This document shows positions 47,988 to 57,558 of a stretch of DNA of 64,000 bases, one piece after another. Source of the stretch: a virus (taxonomy: Duplodnaviria; Caudoviricetes); IMG/VR virus record IMGVR_UViG_3300033075_001021; one strand, written 5' to 3'. Position 1 is the stretch's first letter; every line of letters starts with the position of its first letter. A program made the position numbers and the translations under genes. Under the pieces are notes generated by a model that was not told the DNA's origin, ran no database searches, and saw only the letters and a list, made by a program, of their open reading frames with translations.

Positions 47988-48847
47988 TAGATTGCTTGAA
48001 TTTGATATAAATTAACCGTCAAATCTTTTAAATTTGGGTTTGATGAATTTGAATAAGAAACATTTGTTGAGTATGTTGTATCCAGATTATAGTAAAACCC
48101 TGTTGTTGTCCTAAATAAATTGTATTTTGTATATTGTTTATAAATTAATTCATTAATTGGATATTGAGCGTTTTCTGTCATTAAGTTTGTTGATTTACCA
48201 TTTTTGGCGTTGTTAAATGTTGCCTTCATGTACAAACTTTTTGGTGGTGTATTAATTGCAAACTCATCTTTATAATCATAAAGATGATAACCCTCAAAAT
48301 AACCGCTTGTATTTGTTAACGGGTTTAATAATACAAGTGTAAGTGGTATTGTATTGGCTGGTTTTGGTTGACCAGCAACGTGTGTTGCTGTTGTTGTCGT
48401 ATAATAATCGGATTTTGATAAATGTGCATAAATATCAATTTCTGTTACCAAGTTTTGTGTCATTGGGTTATCACTATCATAAAATGACAATGTTAAATAA
48501 GATTCTTTAAAGTAATTTTTTTGATATTTTATATCCGCATCATCAAAGCCAATCCCTGAATAATATGTTGGCTGCATCATTATACTATTACTATCTAAAA
48601 AATTAAGATTGTATGTTATACTACCAACACCAATGTTTATATCATATATTGGTATAAATCTTACCTTATCATAGTCTAAAATTGGATTTATTGCCCTTTG
48701 CTCTTCAATTTGGACGAATAATCTCTCAATTAACTCCCCGTTATCAACAATTTGGTATTGTATATTGACAGGAATGTTAATGGTTGTCGCTGATGTACCA
48801 CTTAATTCGCTTGTTGATATTTCATATTTAGCATACATTCTCTGCAA
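47987..48847 (-). CDS. Putative structural protein
   Basis: 286-aa ORF; the start may be at MYAKY. Confidence 0.6.
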   Translation of the reverse strand: MQRMYAKYEISTSELSGTSATTINIPVNIQYQIVDNGELIERLFVQIEEQRAINPILDYDKVRFIPIYDINIGVGSITYNLNFLDSNSIMMQPTYYSGIGFDDADIKYQKNYFKESYLTLSFYDSDNPMTQNLVTEIDIYAHLSKSDYYTTTTATHVAGQPKPANTIPLTLVLLNPLTNTSGYFEGYHLYDYKDEFAINTPPKSLYMKATFNNAKNGKSTNLMTENAQYPINELIYKQYTKYNLFRTTTGFYYNLDTTYSTNVSYSNSSNPNLKDLTVNLYQIQAI

Positions 48848-50522
48848 AGTTTACTTTAACATTATTTGGCATCGCATTACCGATTGGGTCCATTGGGAAT
48901 GTACCATAAAAGAGATTCCATTTATCAAACGGGTCTTGTCTTTTAACATCAAAAGAATAGTTTTGATATAGATAATGAGCACCATTTATAAATGGATAAT
49001 CAACTGTTTCTGTGCTGACATTGGTTGTGCCAATATCAACCATATTTCTCCAAACATATCTACCATCCCCTAAATCTAACGCATATTTTGGTTTGTCTAC
49101 GGTATTTTTATCACCTTGTTCAATATAAATAGAAAAATCTCTAATTCTCATTTGTTGATGTGCGGTATAAAAATACCCTTCTGGTCTTGGTCCCTGTGCT
49201 GTGGCATTACCAATTGTTTCTCTATTTAATGTATTAAATCGATGCGTTACAGGTGCTAATACAGTCTCGTTTAATGTCGCTTTATTGAATTCTACAACAT
49301 CGCCGTAGAAAACATTGTTTATGATATTAACATCGGTTTCTAAGGGGATATATGACACTGGTACAGAAGTTGACCCAGTGACTGTATGAATTAACTGAAT
49401 TACGGGTATATTCCTAAAATACGGATTTGTTATTGAATCCCTTATTTCTGAAATATCTGGGGCCTCAATACCTGAAGTTACCTTTGTAAAAATATTATTA
49501 CTATCAGTTTTTATTATTGTCAAATATAACTCACTCAACGGTCTGTTTAAGTTATCGACCAAATTACTTACATCAATATCTTCATTAAACACAAATTGAC
49601 TTATAGGGTCAACATATATGTTTTCAGAAAAAGCCAATTTGTAAATTTCATAATCATCCTCTTCAATAATATTAGAGGATTTGGTTTTTATCTTCTTAAA
49701 CTTCCTAAAATAGTATTCGCATTCAAATCCCTTATATACTTTCTTCATCCTACTATCGCTATCTAACACAACCGCTGATGGTTCAATATCAATACAAAAA
49801 TAATAATCTTTGTATTCACCATTATCAAGACCTAGTCTTTTTACGTCATAATCACCATCAAAAGTTGTTCCTGTGATTCTAACTGTGCTACCAGCAAGTA
49901 CATTATGTTTTATTGGTACCCCTATCGCAGTCATTTCTTTACCCCCAACAAAAACTGATTTTTTACTTACCATTATTATACCACCATTAATCATATAGTT
50001 GGTTTTATCAGAATCGTATGGGTATGTAATTGTGAGGTCCCAGTTTTTAACTAATTTATTTGGTATATTGGTTGTGTCTGGTAAAAAAGAAAATCTTTCT
50101 CTTTTTGGTTCCATATCATAAAAATTACACAAACCGCTACCAGTCAAGACTGGGTCAAAATACCCGTACCAACCATCAATTTCCTTAAGGTGTTTTTTTA
50201 TTGACTCAGCATATGTTAAATCTTTATCATTATCTAAAGTATCTGATAAAAATATTGGTGTCTTGAATGTTTCCCATGTGTCTGTACCAGTAATATTAAA
50301 AAGTACATTACTAATAAGCGGATTTATTTTTCCAACAATTCGATAAAAGGAGCATGATTGTCTTTCAGTATTAAATTGTACTGCAAGGTCAACAACTCTA
50401 TTTAACTCACTTGGTGGTAACAATCTTTGGCTACTAACAAACTCTAAATTAAGGTACGTGTCAGTATTCACTGATTCTTTTGAATTAGTTGCTGTTAATC
50501 TATGTTTAACTCTTATATTCAT
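48828..50522 (-). CDS. Putative structural protein
   Basis: 564-aa ORF in the tail block. Confidence 0.6.
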   Translation of the reverse strand: MNIRVKHRLTATNSKESVNTDTYLNLEFVSSQRLLPPSELNRVVDLAVQFNTERQSCSFYRIVGKINPLISNVLFNITGTDTWETFKTPIFLSDTLDNDKDLTYAESIKKHLKEIDGWYGYFDPVLTGSGLCNFYDMEPKRERFSFLPDTTNIPNKLVKNWDLTITYPYDSDKTNYMINGGIIMVSKKSVFVGGKEMTAIGVPIKHNVLAGSTVRITGTTFDGDYDVKRLGLDNGEYKDYYFCIDIEPSAVVLDSDSRMKKVYKGFECEYYFRKFKKIKTKSSNIIEEDDYEIYKLAFSENIYVDPISQFVFNEDIDVSNLVDNLNRPLSELYLTIIKTDSNNIFTKVTSGIEAPDISEIRDSITNPYFRNIPVIQLIHTVTGSTSVPVSYIPLETDVNIINNVFYGDVVEFNKATLNETVLAPVTHRFNTLNRETIGNATAQGPRPEGYFYTAHQQMRIRDFSIYIEQGDKNTVDKPKYALDLGDGRYVWRNMVDIGTTNVSTETVDYPFINGAHYLYQNYSFDVKRQDPFDKWNLFYGTFPMDPIGNAMPNNVKVNFAENVC

Positions 50523-53500
50523 TATCCTATTTCTATTTGACAGCCAATGTTATCATACACGTCAATTGTTACTGGTGTACTTACATTAAAATTTACATAA
50601 TTCCAAACAACCAAATATGGGTCTGCGTTAGGTGTTTGACTTACTGGAAGCACCTCAACACCGTTAATTTGTGCCGTTATTGGTGCTTCTCCACCAACAA
50701 CACTAAATGCCGTTGTTGACCCAGTAACTACATTGTATACTCGCATACCTTGTCTTATGTATATTATTGTTTCTGTTGTTTGTGGTGTTGGTTCACCTGA
50801 ATCTGTAACTACTACCTTATAGTAACCACTACATAAATCATTTTGTATTGTATCACCACTTGTGCTTATTGTTACTATTGTATATGGTCCCGCTTGTGTT
50901 GTTGCTGAATATGTTGTAACAGAATATGGTGGTGTACCACCAATAACGTCAAATCCATATGAACCACTACAATCATTTGCACAAGCATTATATGATTCAA
51001 TATTAGTTATTTGTAATGGCTGTGGTCCTCTTATTTCTATGGTTTTTGTACATTGATGGCCAGCATTATCGCTTGCTATAAATGTATAAACATCATCTTT
51101 GAATCCAACAGGAATTGTGTATCCAATTGGGTCAGTTGTGAATGTTAATGGTGGTGTATATAATGAGTTACTCGAATCATAAATTGATAATGTATATGGT
51201 AAGGTTCCATTCGTTATTGCTATAATTTCAATTACACCATCCGCAGAGGTCTGAGTTGACGGTGCGCCGCTAATTGAATATGAACAACTAAATCCTAATG
51301 GTTGGCCAACAGTTACTTCTTTAACAACTACTGTCCCAAGTGCGTCAATGGCTGTAATTTGATATGTCCCAGCTTCTAAACCAGTTATTATACCACCAGC
51401 TGGAAGAGTTGTGGTTGTAATTGGGCCAAGTGAATAGCTTACATCAACTCCAACCCAAGTATATGTAAATGGATATGTGCCACCTATAAAGGTAAACGAA
51501 ATTGAGCCGTTTGACGCACCACTAACTGAAACATTTGTTGGTGTTGTATCAATGATAAAATCACCAGCTCTTTCTCTTGTACAATCTGTAAAGTATTTTG
51601 TTTTTAGTTTATCCAATGCTGTTTTACCTGGTATAATACCAAAATACATATAATATGAATTTTTTGTTTGGAAACTCATATCTTCACCATTTTCATATGG
51701 TGGTATCCAACCTCTAAATTCGTTATATGCATCACCATTTCTAATTGATAAGTCAACGCCTATCGATGTGCCTTGGTTAGGGTCTAATAAGTTATATGGT
51801 ACTGTTGGTATCGCTTGTATGCTCGTACCACTTATGTTTAAAAGATAAAATGAGTCTCTCAGGTACCTATTTAAACTTGTAAGTGTATCGATTGGGTCAG
51901 ATGAATCATAAATCTCATCAATATTAATTAAATCTATCTGTGTCAAACCAGTGTACTCAAGTAAATCGATACTAAGTTCACATTGTCTTCTAATGTTTCT
52001 AGCTTTGATTGCATCGTAATCAACACCTTTTGAACATCCGACGTTAAAGAAAACACCTTTGTAATTTATACCATTAGGTGGTGTAAAATCAAACATACCA
52101 GCCACAACTGATTGGTCATCTTGTGGAATGTCAGTATCATCTTCCTCTGAAAAAGTTTCAGCCAACAATGGTGGTAGCTTATAAGATGTATTTGTAAGGT
52201 AATTTACAATCTTTGGTAATCCTTGCCAATCACAATCAAAAACAGCACCTAGATTTACAATATCGGTTGCAAAAAGTTTTAATTGTGACCCATTTAATAA
52301 CATTGGTGGGTAATAAAGGGTATTATCATGTTTAACCAATAAGCCATTTCTAAAGTTTACTCTAGTATCACTACTTCTTGTATTGTAAGTAGTGTCAACA
52401 ATCTTACTATTTTTACATGAGTTATAACCAGTACCACCACTGTAATCATTACAATTTGTTTCGCAGAATTTTTCTCTACCTCTTCTTTTCTTCTTATACT
52501 TTAATAGATAATAGTACAATGTACCATTAATCCAATCATTAAAGAAATCTAATTCATACAAATCTAATTGCTCAGCTAACACCGCTGATACACAGTCTAG
52601 ATAAGCATCTAATTTATCGGTATCGGTACATCCAATTGCATATTGACTCTCGTCCTCGTTAGGACATTTAAGTTTAATTAAAAACTTTCTTAAAAAACCA
52701 AATGGTCGTATACGTAAAATTTTAATTTTAATTAAAGCACATAAAAACCCATTAAAAAGTTGTACAATAAATCCAATGATTGAAAACAAAAAGCAAATAA
52801 TTGTAAACAATATGTTTCCGCTTACATGTGCTCTATTATAAGGCATTGGTGACTTGTCGCCAACACAGCCATCGACGTTTTTAATACCAGTATGTGTTCT
52901 ACGTTTATATGCTTTTGTTAATGAAAGCATATTTTTTTCAGTTCTAGGTATAAAGTTTCTTACACTATATATTTTGTTCCAATAAAAATCTCTAAACGTA
53001 TTTTCAGTATCTTTTGTTGTTTTATCAAAACTAAAGTCAATATCTGATTTTGTTTTTGGGTTATGTGGTACAATGTATTTTCCTCTTGTCCTAAGTCTAC
53101 CAACACCACCACCTTCATCCATACTAATTCTAAATCTAACTCTACTTCTAGTTGGGATACCTCTACTAGGGTCATCGGATGGGACTAAATTACCTTCTTC
53201 ATCAGTAACGACATAATCTAAGTTCATGGGTATTTGATATGCCCATGCACCATTATCATCAATAAGCCTACCACCGTCAATATCATATTTTTCAATTTCC
53301 CCTTCAAGTGTTTTTCTAAGCATTTCAATGGTTCCAGCTCTTGGTACTTGTTCGCACATGAGTCCCATTCTCTTTCTTGGCCTACATCTTTTATTAATGC
53401 TATTTTTTCTACTATCACCAAAAATACTACCCATAAAGATAGCACATGGTCTGATATTGTAATTTAAGTCAATATCCAATCTATTTATCCCAATTACACA

Positions 53501-54199
53501 GTTATTAACGTCACCCCAAAATGGTTGTACGTTTACCCCGACATTGGTTGTTTTGATTTGAATTAGGGAATTTAGATTCTTGTCTGCTTTAAATTTTGTT
53601 GGGCTATAAAATAATCGTGATGGGGTTCCTTGTTCAATTAAATCATATGGTCTTTGTGACGCAATACCAATATCTGAAATATCAACATCAACATGTACTG
53701 TGTGAGAACCTAATGGAACACCAAATATCATAAAATCACCAGCATGATTTGTTGTTGTTGTAAATTTGTAGTACTTTTGATAAACCTCAAGCATTTCATC
53801 GTTATCTAACTGCTCACGCTTTGCTGGGAATGTTCCTACAATTGTATAACAATCATTATTTGAATCATTTTCTTTTGGTAAAAGGTTGTATCTCACCCCA
53901 TTACTATCAACATCGGCCACATTTTCATAAGGATATATTGACCTGATTACAGGATTTTCTTTATCTTCAGCTGAAATAGGAATAAAAACTGAAACCTTTG
54001 CATTAGGTACACCAAAACCGTTGTTTATTATAACACGACCAGCAATGACACCATAATCAGCACAAAGATTTTCATATGCTTTATCTTGACTAATTTTTAA
54101 TGAAAGGATTTCAATAAAATCAAAATCTTGGTCAAGTTTTACATTCAAATATTTGTCTGTTCCGTCAGGTGTTGTGCGTATCCTAATATTATTTGACAT
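50522..54199 (-). CDS. Large tail/baseplate-associated protein with an internal hydrophobic segment and SprB-like repeats
   Basis: GVPNAKVSVF carboxypeptidase-regulatory-like N-terminus; ILFTIICFLFSIIGFIVQLF; GGTYPFTYTW...GLEAGTYQITAIDALG repeats. Confidence 0.65.
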   Translation of the reverse strand: MSNNIRIRTTPDGTDKYLNVKLDQDFDFIEILSLKISQDKAYENLCADYGVIAGRVIINNGFGVPNAKVSVFIPISAEDKENPVIRSIYPYENVADVDSNGVRYNLLPKENDSNNDCYTIVGTFPAKREQLDNDEMLEVYQKYYKFTTTTNHAGDFMIFGVPLGSHTVHVDVDISDIGIASQRPYDLIEQGTPSRLFYSPTKFKADKNLNSLIQIKTTNVGVNVQPFWGDVNNCVIGINRLDIDLNYNIRPCAIFMGSIFGDSRKNSINKRCRPRKRMGLMCEQVPRAGTIEMLRKTLEGEIEKYDIDGGRLIDDNGAWAYQIPMNLDYVVTDEEGNLVPSDDPSRGIPTRSRVRFRISMDEGGGVGRLRTRGKYIVPHNPKTKSDIDFSFDKTTKDTENTFRDFYWNKIYSVRNFIPRTEKNMLSLTKAYKRRTHTGIKNVDGCVGDKSPMPYNRAHVSGNILFTIICFLFSIIGFIVQLFNGFLCALIKIKILRIRPFGFLRKFLIKLKCPNEDESQYAIGCTDTDKLDAYLDCVSAVLAEQLDLYELDFFNDWINGTLYYYLLKYKKKRRGREKFCETNCNDYSGGTGYNSCKNSKIVDTTYNTRSSDTRVNFRNGLLVKHDNTLYYPPMLLNGSQLKLFATDIVNLGAVFDCDWQGLPKIVNYLTNTSYKLPPLLAETFSEEDDTDIPQDDQSVVAGMFDFTPPNGINYKGVFFNVGCSKGVDYDAIKARNIRRQCELSIDLLEYTGLTQIDLINIDEIYDSSDPIDTLTSLNRYLRDSFYLLNISGTSIQAIPTVPYNLLDPNQGTSIGVDLSIRNGDAYNEFRGWIPPYENGEDMSFQTKNSYYMYFGIIPGKTALDKLKTKYFTDCTRERAGDFIIDTTPTNVSVSGASNGSISFTFIGGTYPFTYTWVGVDVSYSLGPITTTTLPAGGIITGLEAGTYQITAIDALGTVVVKEVTVGQPLGFSCSYSISGAPSTQTSADGVIEIIAITNGTLPYTLSIYDSSNSLYTPPLTFTTDPIGYTIPVGFKDDVYTFIASDNAGHQCTKTIEIRGPQPLQITNIESYNACANDCSGSYGFDVIGGTPPYSVTTYSATTQAGPYTIVTISTSGDTIQNDLCSGYYKVVVTDSGEPTPQTTETIIYIRQGMRVYNVVTGSTTAFSVVGGEAPITAQINGVEVLPVSQTPNADPYLVVWNYVNFNVSTPVTIDVYDNIGCQIEIG

Positions 54200-54204
54200 T
54201 ATAT

Positions 54205-54588
54205 TTATTTTATTAGTGTTATATCATCAGAGTCTTCAAGTTCATACTCATCTTCAGTTAAAAGTTCATCATAATCACTATCTTCTAAGTCATCATCACC
54301 ATCATCATCGTCTTCGTCATTGTCATCCTCTTTCTTAAAAAGTTTTTTACCAATGTACAATCCAAGCGGAACAATATTAATCCCTTTCTCCATAAACACT
54401 GTTACAAATAAGGCATAAAATGTTGCTGGTATTACCAACGGAATAAAAATTGCGGATAAAAAAAGAAATGCAAAGATTTTGATTGTATAATCACGAATTT
54501 TCACTAAAATATTTATTCGTGATTCCGTGTTTTCTGGTTTAACCGTCTTTTCGTTTGTTCTAGTTTTTTTACAAGTGTTACAAGCCAT
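54205..54588 (-). CDS. Small membrane protein with N-terminal CxxC and an acidic tail
   Basis: MACNTCKK, hydrophobic core, D/E tail. Confidence 0.65.
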   Translation of the reverse strand: MACNTCKKTRTNEKTVKPENTESRINILVKIRDYTIKIFAFLFLSAIFIPLVIPATFYALFVTVFMEKGINIVPLGLYIGKKLFKKEDDNDEDDDDGDDDLEDSDYDELLTEDEYELEDSDDITLIK

Positions 54589-54631
54589 AGTTTTTTATTG
54601 AAAGGTAGCGAAAAACATCAAAAAATAAAGG

Positions 54632-56446
54632 TTATTTAACCCTTACAATGATATCAACCGCTGGATATTTTATTTCAAACATGGTTGTTGGTTCACCGAA
54701 AAGTGTATATTCTTCAGAAGTATCAATTTCTCTTGTTGAGGCGTCAAAATAAGGCTGAGATATTTCATTAAGCGAATATCTACCACCGACCATATTATAC
54801 ACTCTCATATCAATAACGTTTAATACGCCAGCGACATTATTTATATTTTCAAGTAAATTTGAAAGATAAACGTTTTCACCCATGTCGAATTTATTAATGT
54901 TCATGTAATCACTAACACTCGTTATCACATTGCTAATGATTTGTGATTGTGGATACTTTTTGTCGATATAAACATCTATCTGGAATGATAAATTTACAAT
55001 TTTAGCATCTGCAATCTCAACATAATCATTTAACATTCTATAGTCAGATAAATATGTTGCAATGTTCTCCTTAATAGCTGTTGTTGATGTATTGTTTAGT
55101 TTACCCTCAGAATCTAGACCCATGATGTAAACCTTAATTTTATTTTGTTCTTCAAAAACACCTGTTCTAAACGGAACCCCAAATCTACTTGGCATTAGTG
55201 CTATCCTAGACTGGTAATCTTTGATGGTTACAGCCCTATTTTGTGCTGCAAAGTTATATCTGACCAAATTTCTGATTTCTTCTACACTTGGGACATCTCT
55301 ACCTCCCAGCGCTGGAATGGGGTTATTTACGCTTAATGACGCTTTTACTGCATTGTTTATTGTGGTATCCACACCATTTACAATTATGGTTGCAATACCA
55401 ACACTATTTATTATACCTTGACCAAGATTTGTATCAGCACCACCACCAACTCTATACTTAACAAATAATGTTGTATTTGGTGATAATGTGGTTCCTAGTG
55501 AAAGGTTATTGATAAAATCACCAATTTGATTTACGATTGACGGATTAACATCAAAATCACAAAGTGAGCTAATATCTTGATTTCCACCGCCAAATATCAT
55601 TCTCATAAACCCTAAATCAGTATATTCTGTAATAAATTTACGATTAACCTTAATATATTTACCTGGTCTAATTGATGGATTATCAGTGATTTTGTTAAAA
55701 TCTTCAACAAAAACTTTATCTTCAGCCAAAGCATCAACTTCATACCACCTGTTGCTTTCCTCTAAAAACTGTGCATTTGTTGGGTCTGTTACAAAATTGG
55801 TTCCGTTAAGTGTAATAACAGATGTAACAGAAAGAACGTTATCGTCTGGTAATACAACCTCAAGAAACGGAACAACATCAGCTGGGGTAATAACCTTCTG
55901 GTAAATTTTTGTAAAGCCGTTTACAACCATTTCTCTTTTGGTGATGGTGTAATTTATCAAAACACCGTTTGTATTAAAGTTTGGAATTACTATTCTATTT
56001 GGAACCCCACCAACACTAAATGGTGATGAAAAATCTATATCGTAAATTGTTTCAAAAACCTTTCCAGCACCTGTAACTTGGGCCCCAGCTTGAATGATTG
56101 GTGCATACGACACGTCGAACGAGTCGCCTAAAACTGGAACGGTAACAGTAAAATCAACAATTGTAACAGATGGACGGCGACCTGGTATTTTTAAACCAAA
56201 TGTTCTTGCCATTGATAAAATTGATGACCTTTCTTGTGCGTAGTCAATTTGGGTTTCTTGGAACATTCTATCGGTGTTAAACGATAACATATCGCCAACA
56301 GCGGCATTTAGTTCAAGAAGCATCATACCAACAGATGCGTCGTTAAAATCATTAAAGATATCTGGATAGTATTGTCTTACCATGTTGACCAAATCGGTCC
56401 TTATATCGGCAAAATTTCTACTAGTGTAATTAACTCTTTGTGCCAT
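54632..56446 (-). CDS. Baseplate wedge protein (T4 gp6/gpJ-like)
   Basis: NYTSRNFADIRTDL, A..RSSILSMAR..G, YRVGGG...N, AQNRAVTIKDY. Confidence 0.88.
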   Translation of the reverse strand: MAQRVNYTSRNFADIRTDLVNMVRQYYPDIFNDFNDASVGMMLLELNAAVGDMLSFNTDRMFQETQIDYAQERSSILSMARTFGLKIPGRRPSVTIVDFTVTVPVLGDSFDVSYAPIIQAGAQVTGAGKVFETIYDIDFSSPFSVGGVPNRIVIPNFNTNGVLINYTITKREMVVNGFTKIYQKVITPADVVPFLEVVLPDDNVLSVTSVITLNGTNFVTDPTNAQFLEESNRWYEVDALAEDKVFVEDFNKITDNPSIRPGKYIKVNRKFITEYTDLGFMRMIFGGGNQDISSLCDFDVNPSIVNQIGDFINNLSLGTTLSPNTTLFVKYRVGGGADTNLGQGIINSVGIATIIVNGVDTTINNAVKASLSVNNPIPALGGRDVPSVEEIRNLVRYNFAAQNRAVTIKDYQSRIALMPSRFGVPFRTGVFEEQNKIKVYIMGLDSEGKLNNTSTTAIKENIATYLSDYRMLNDYVEIADAKIVNLSFQIDVYIDKKYPQSQIISNVITSVSDYMNINKFDMGENVYLSNLLENINNVAGVLNVIDMRVYNMVGGRYSLNEISQPYFDASTREIDTSEEYTLFGEPTTMFEIKYPAVDIIVRVK

Positions 56447-56448
56447 AA

Positions 56449-56832
56449 TTATACATTTATTATTACAAAATCATTTATTTCAAAAACATCATCAGTTATC
56501 GCATAATCCATTCTAATTGTCGCTGCGTACTCGCTATCATCGCTTTGAGTTACTGTTAAATTTTTTACAATTAGGTTTGGTAGATACTTTTTAACTGACG
56601 TAGTAACCTCATCTTTAATAGCCTCTAAGGTCAAATCATGATTTGGTTCGAATATGTACCTTAATAAATCGGTACCAAAATTTGGATTATATAGTCTTTG
56701 ACCCTTCCTGGTCAATAACAAATGCATCAAATCTGCTTTAATAGCTCTTTGGTCGTTATCGTTTAGGTTTAAAAAGAAACCCTTAGGGCTATCTTTAAAG
56801 GGGAAGTCAATATTTATGTATTTTCCAGCCAT
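56449..56832 (-). CDS. Baseplate gp25/gpW-like protein
   Basis: IKADLMHLLLTRKGQRLYNPNFGTDL..YIFEP. Confidence 0.9.
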   Translation of the reverse strand: MAGKYINIDFPFKDSPKGFFLNLNDNDQRAIKADLMHLLLTRKGQRLYNPNFGTDLLRYIFEPNHDLTLEAIKDEVTTSVKKYLPNLIVKNLTVTQSDDSEYAATIRMDYAITDDVFEINDFVIINV

Positions 56833-56909
56833 ATTTTCGGTTTATTGATAAATATGGTAAGAAAACATTTTCACAAGTAAATGTATAAAAAAAGGGGTAT
56901 CCCCTTTCC

Positions 56910-57473
56910 TTATTGATGCTTTGCAATTAATTTACACATTTCTATAAAATATTCAATATTTAAAACATTTTTCATTAAATTTATATCCTTATGAACAAAC
57001 TGAACATTGCCTTTAATATATCCTTTGTTTGAATCAATTCTATCAACTGATGCTGTTGACTTACTTAATTCAAAGGTTGTACCATTTTTTGGGAATGTTA
57101 ATTCTAAACCACTTAAAGCACAACGTTTATTTTGTTTTAAAAATAATTCCCACATATATTCAATATCAACATCAACCTCCTTTATTTTTCGATTACCTTT
57201 AGAACCATTTGCAGCTCTAATTATTTTATTATGAAACCAACCAGCACTTATTTCGCCAACACCTTGCCAATGTGGGGAATTTGAGCCAGATGGTGGTTTA
57301 TAACAACCACAACTAGAAAATTTACTCCTAATAATTGAAGTTCCAGTTCTAACCGCAATATTACCACAATCGCATTTACATTTAAACTTTAAATGACCAG
57401 CTGGCGTTACATCGGCTTCTTCTATTACCATTAGATATCCAAATTTTTTACCTACTAAATCTAACTTTTTCAT
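56910..57473 (-). CDS. Free-standing HNH-type (His-Cys) homing endonuclease-like protein
   Basis: GKKFGYL.V, KCKCDCGN, SCGC, CALSG, SVDRIDSNKGYIKGNVQFVHKDINLMK. Confidence 0.8.
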   Translation of the reverse strand: MKKLDLVGKKFGYLMVIEEADVTPAGHLKFKCKCDCGNIAVRTGTSIIRSKFSSCGCYKPPSGSNSPHWQGVGEISAGWFHNKIIRAANGSKGNRKIKEVDVDIEYMWELFLKQNKRCALSGLELTFPKNGTTFELSKSTASVDRIDSNKGYIKGNVQFVHKDINLMKNVLNIEYFIEMCKLIAKHQ

Positions 57474-57529
57474 AACTTCGCATCTTATATTAACTTATAA
57501 CTATAAATATTGTGAAATAACTAAAAAAT

Positions 57530-57556
57530 AAAAAAGTGGAGAAATTCTCCACTTTT
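57530..57556 (-). terminator. Rho-independent terminator after nrdJ
   Basis: AAAAGTGGAGAA-T-TTCTCCACTTTTTT. Confidence 0.7.
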
Positions 57557-57558
57557 AA

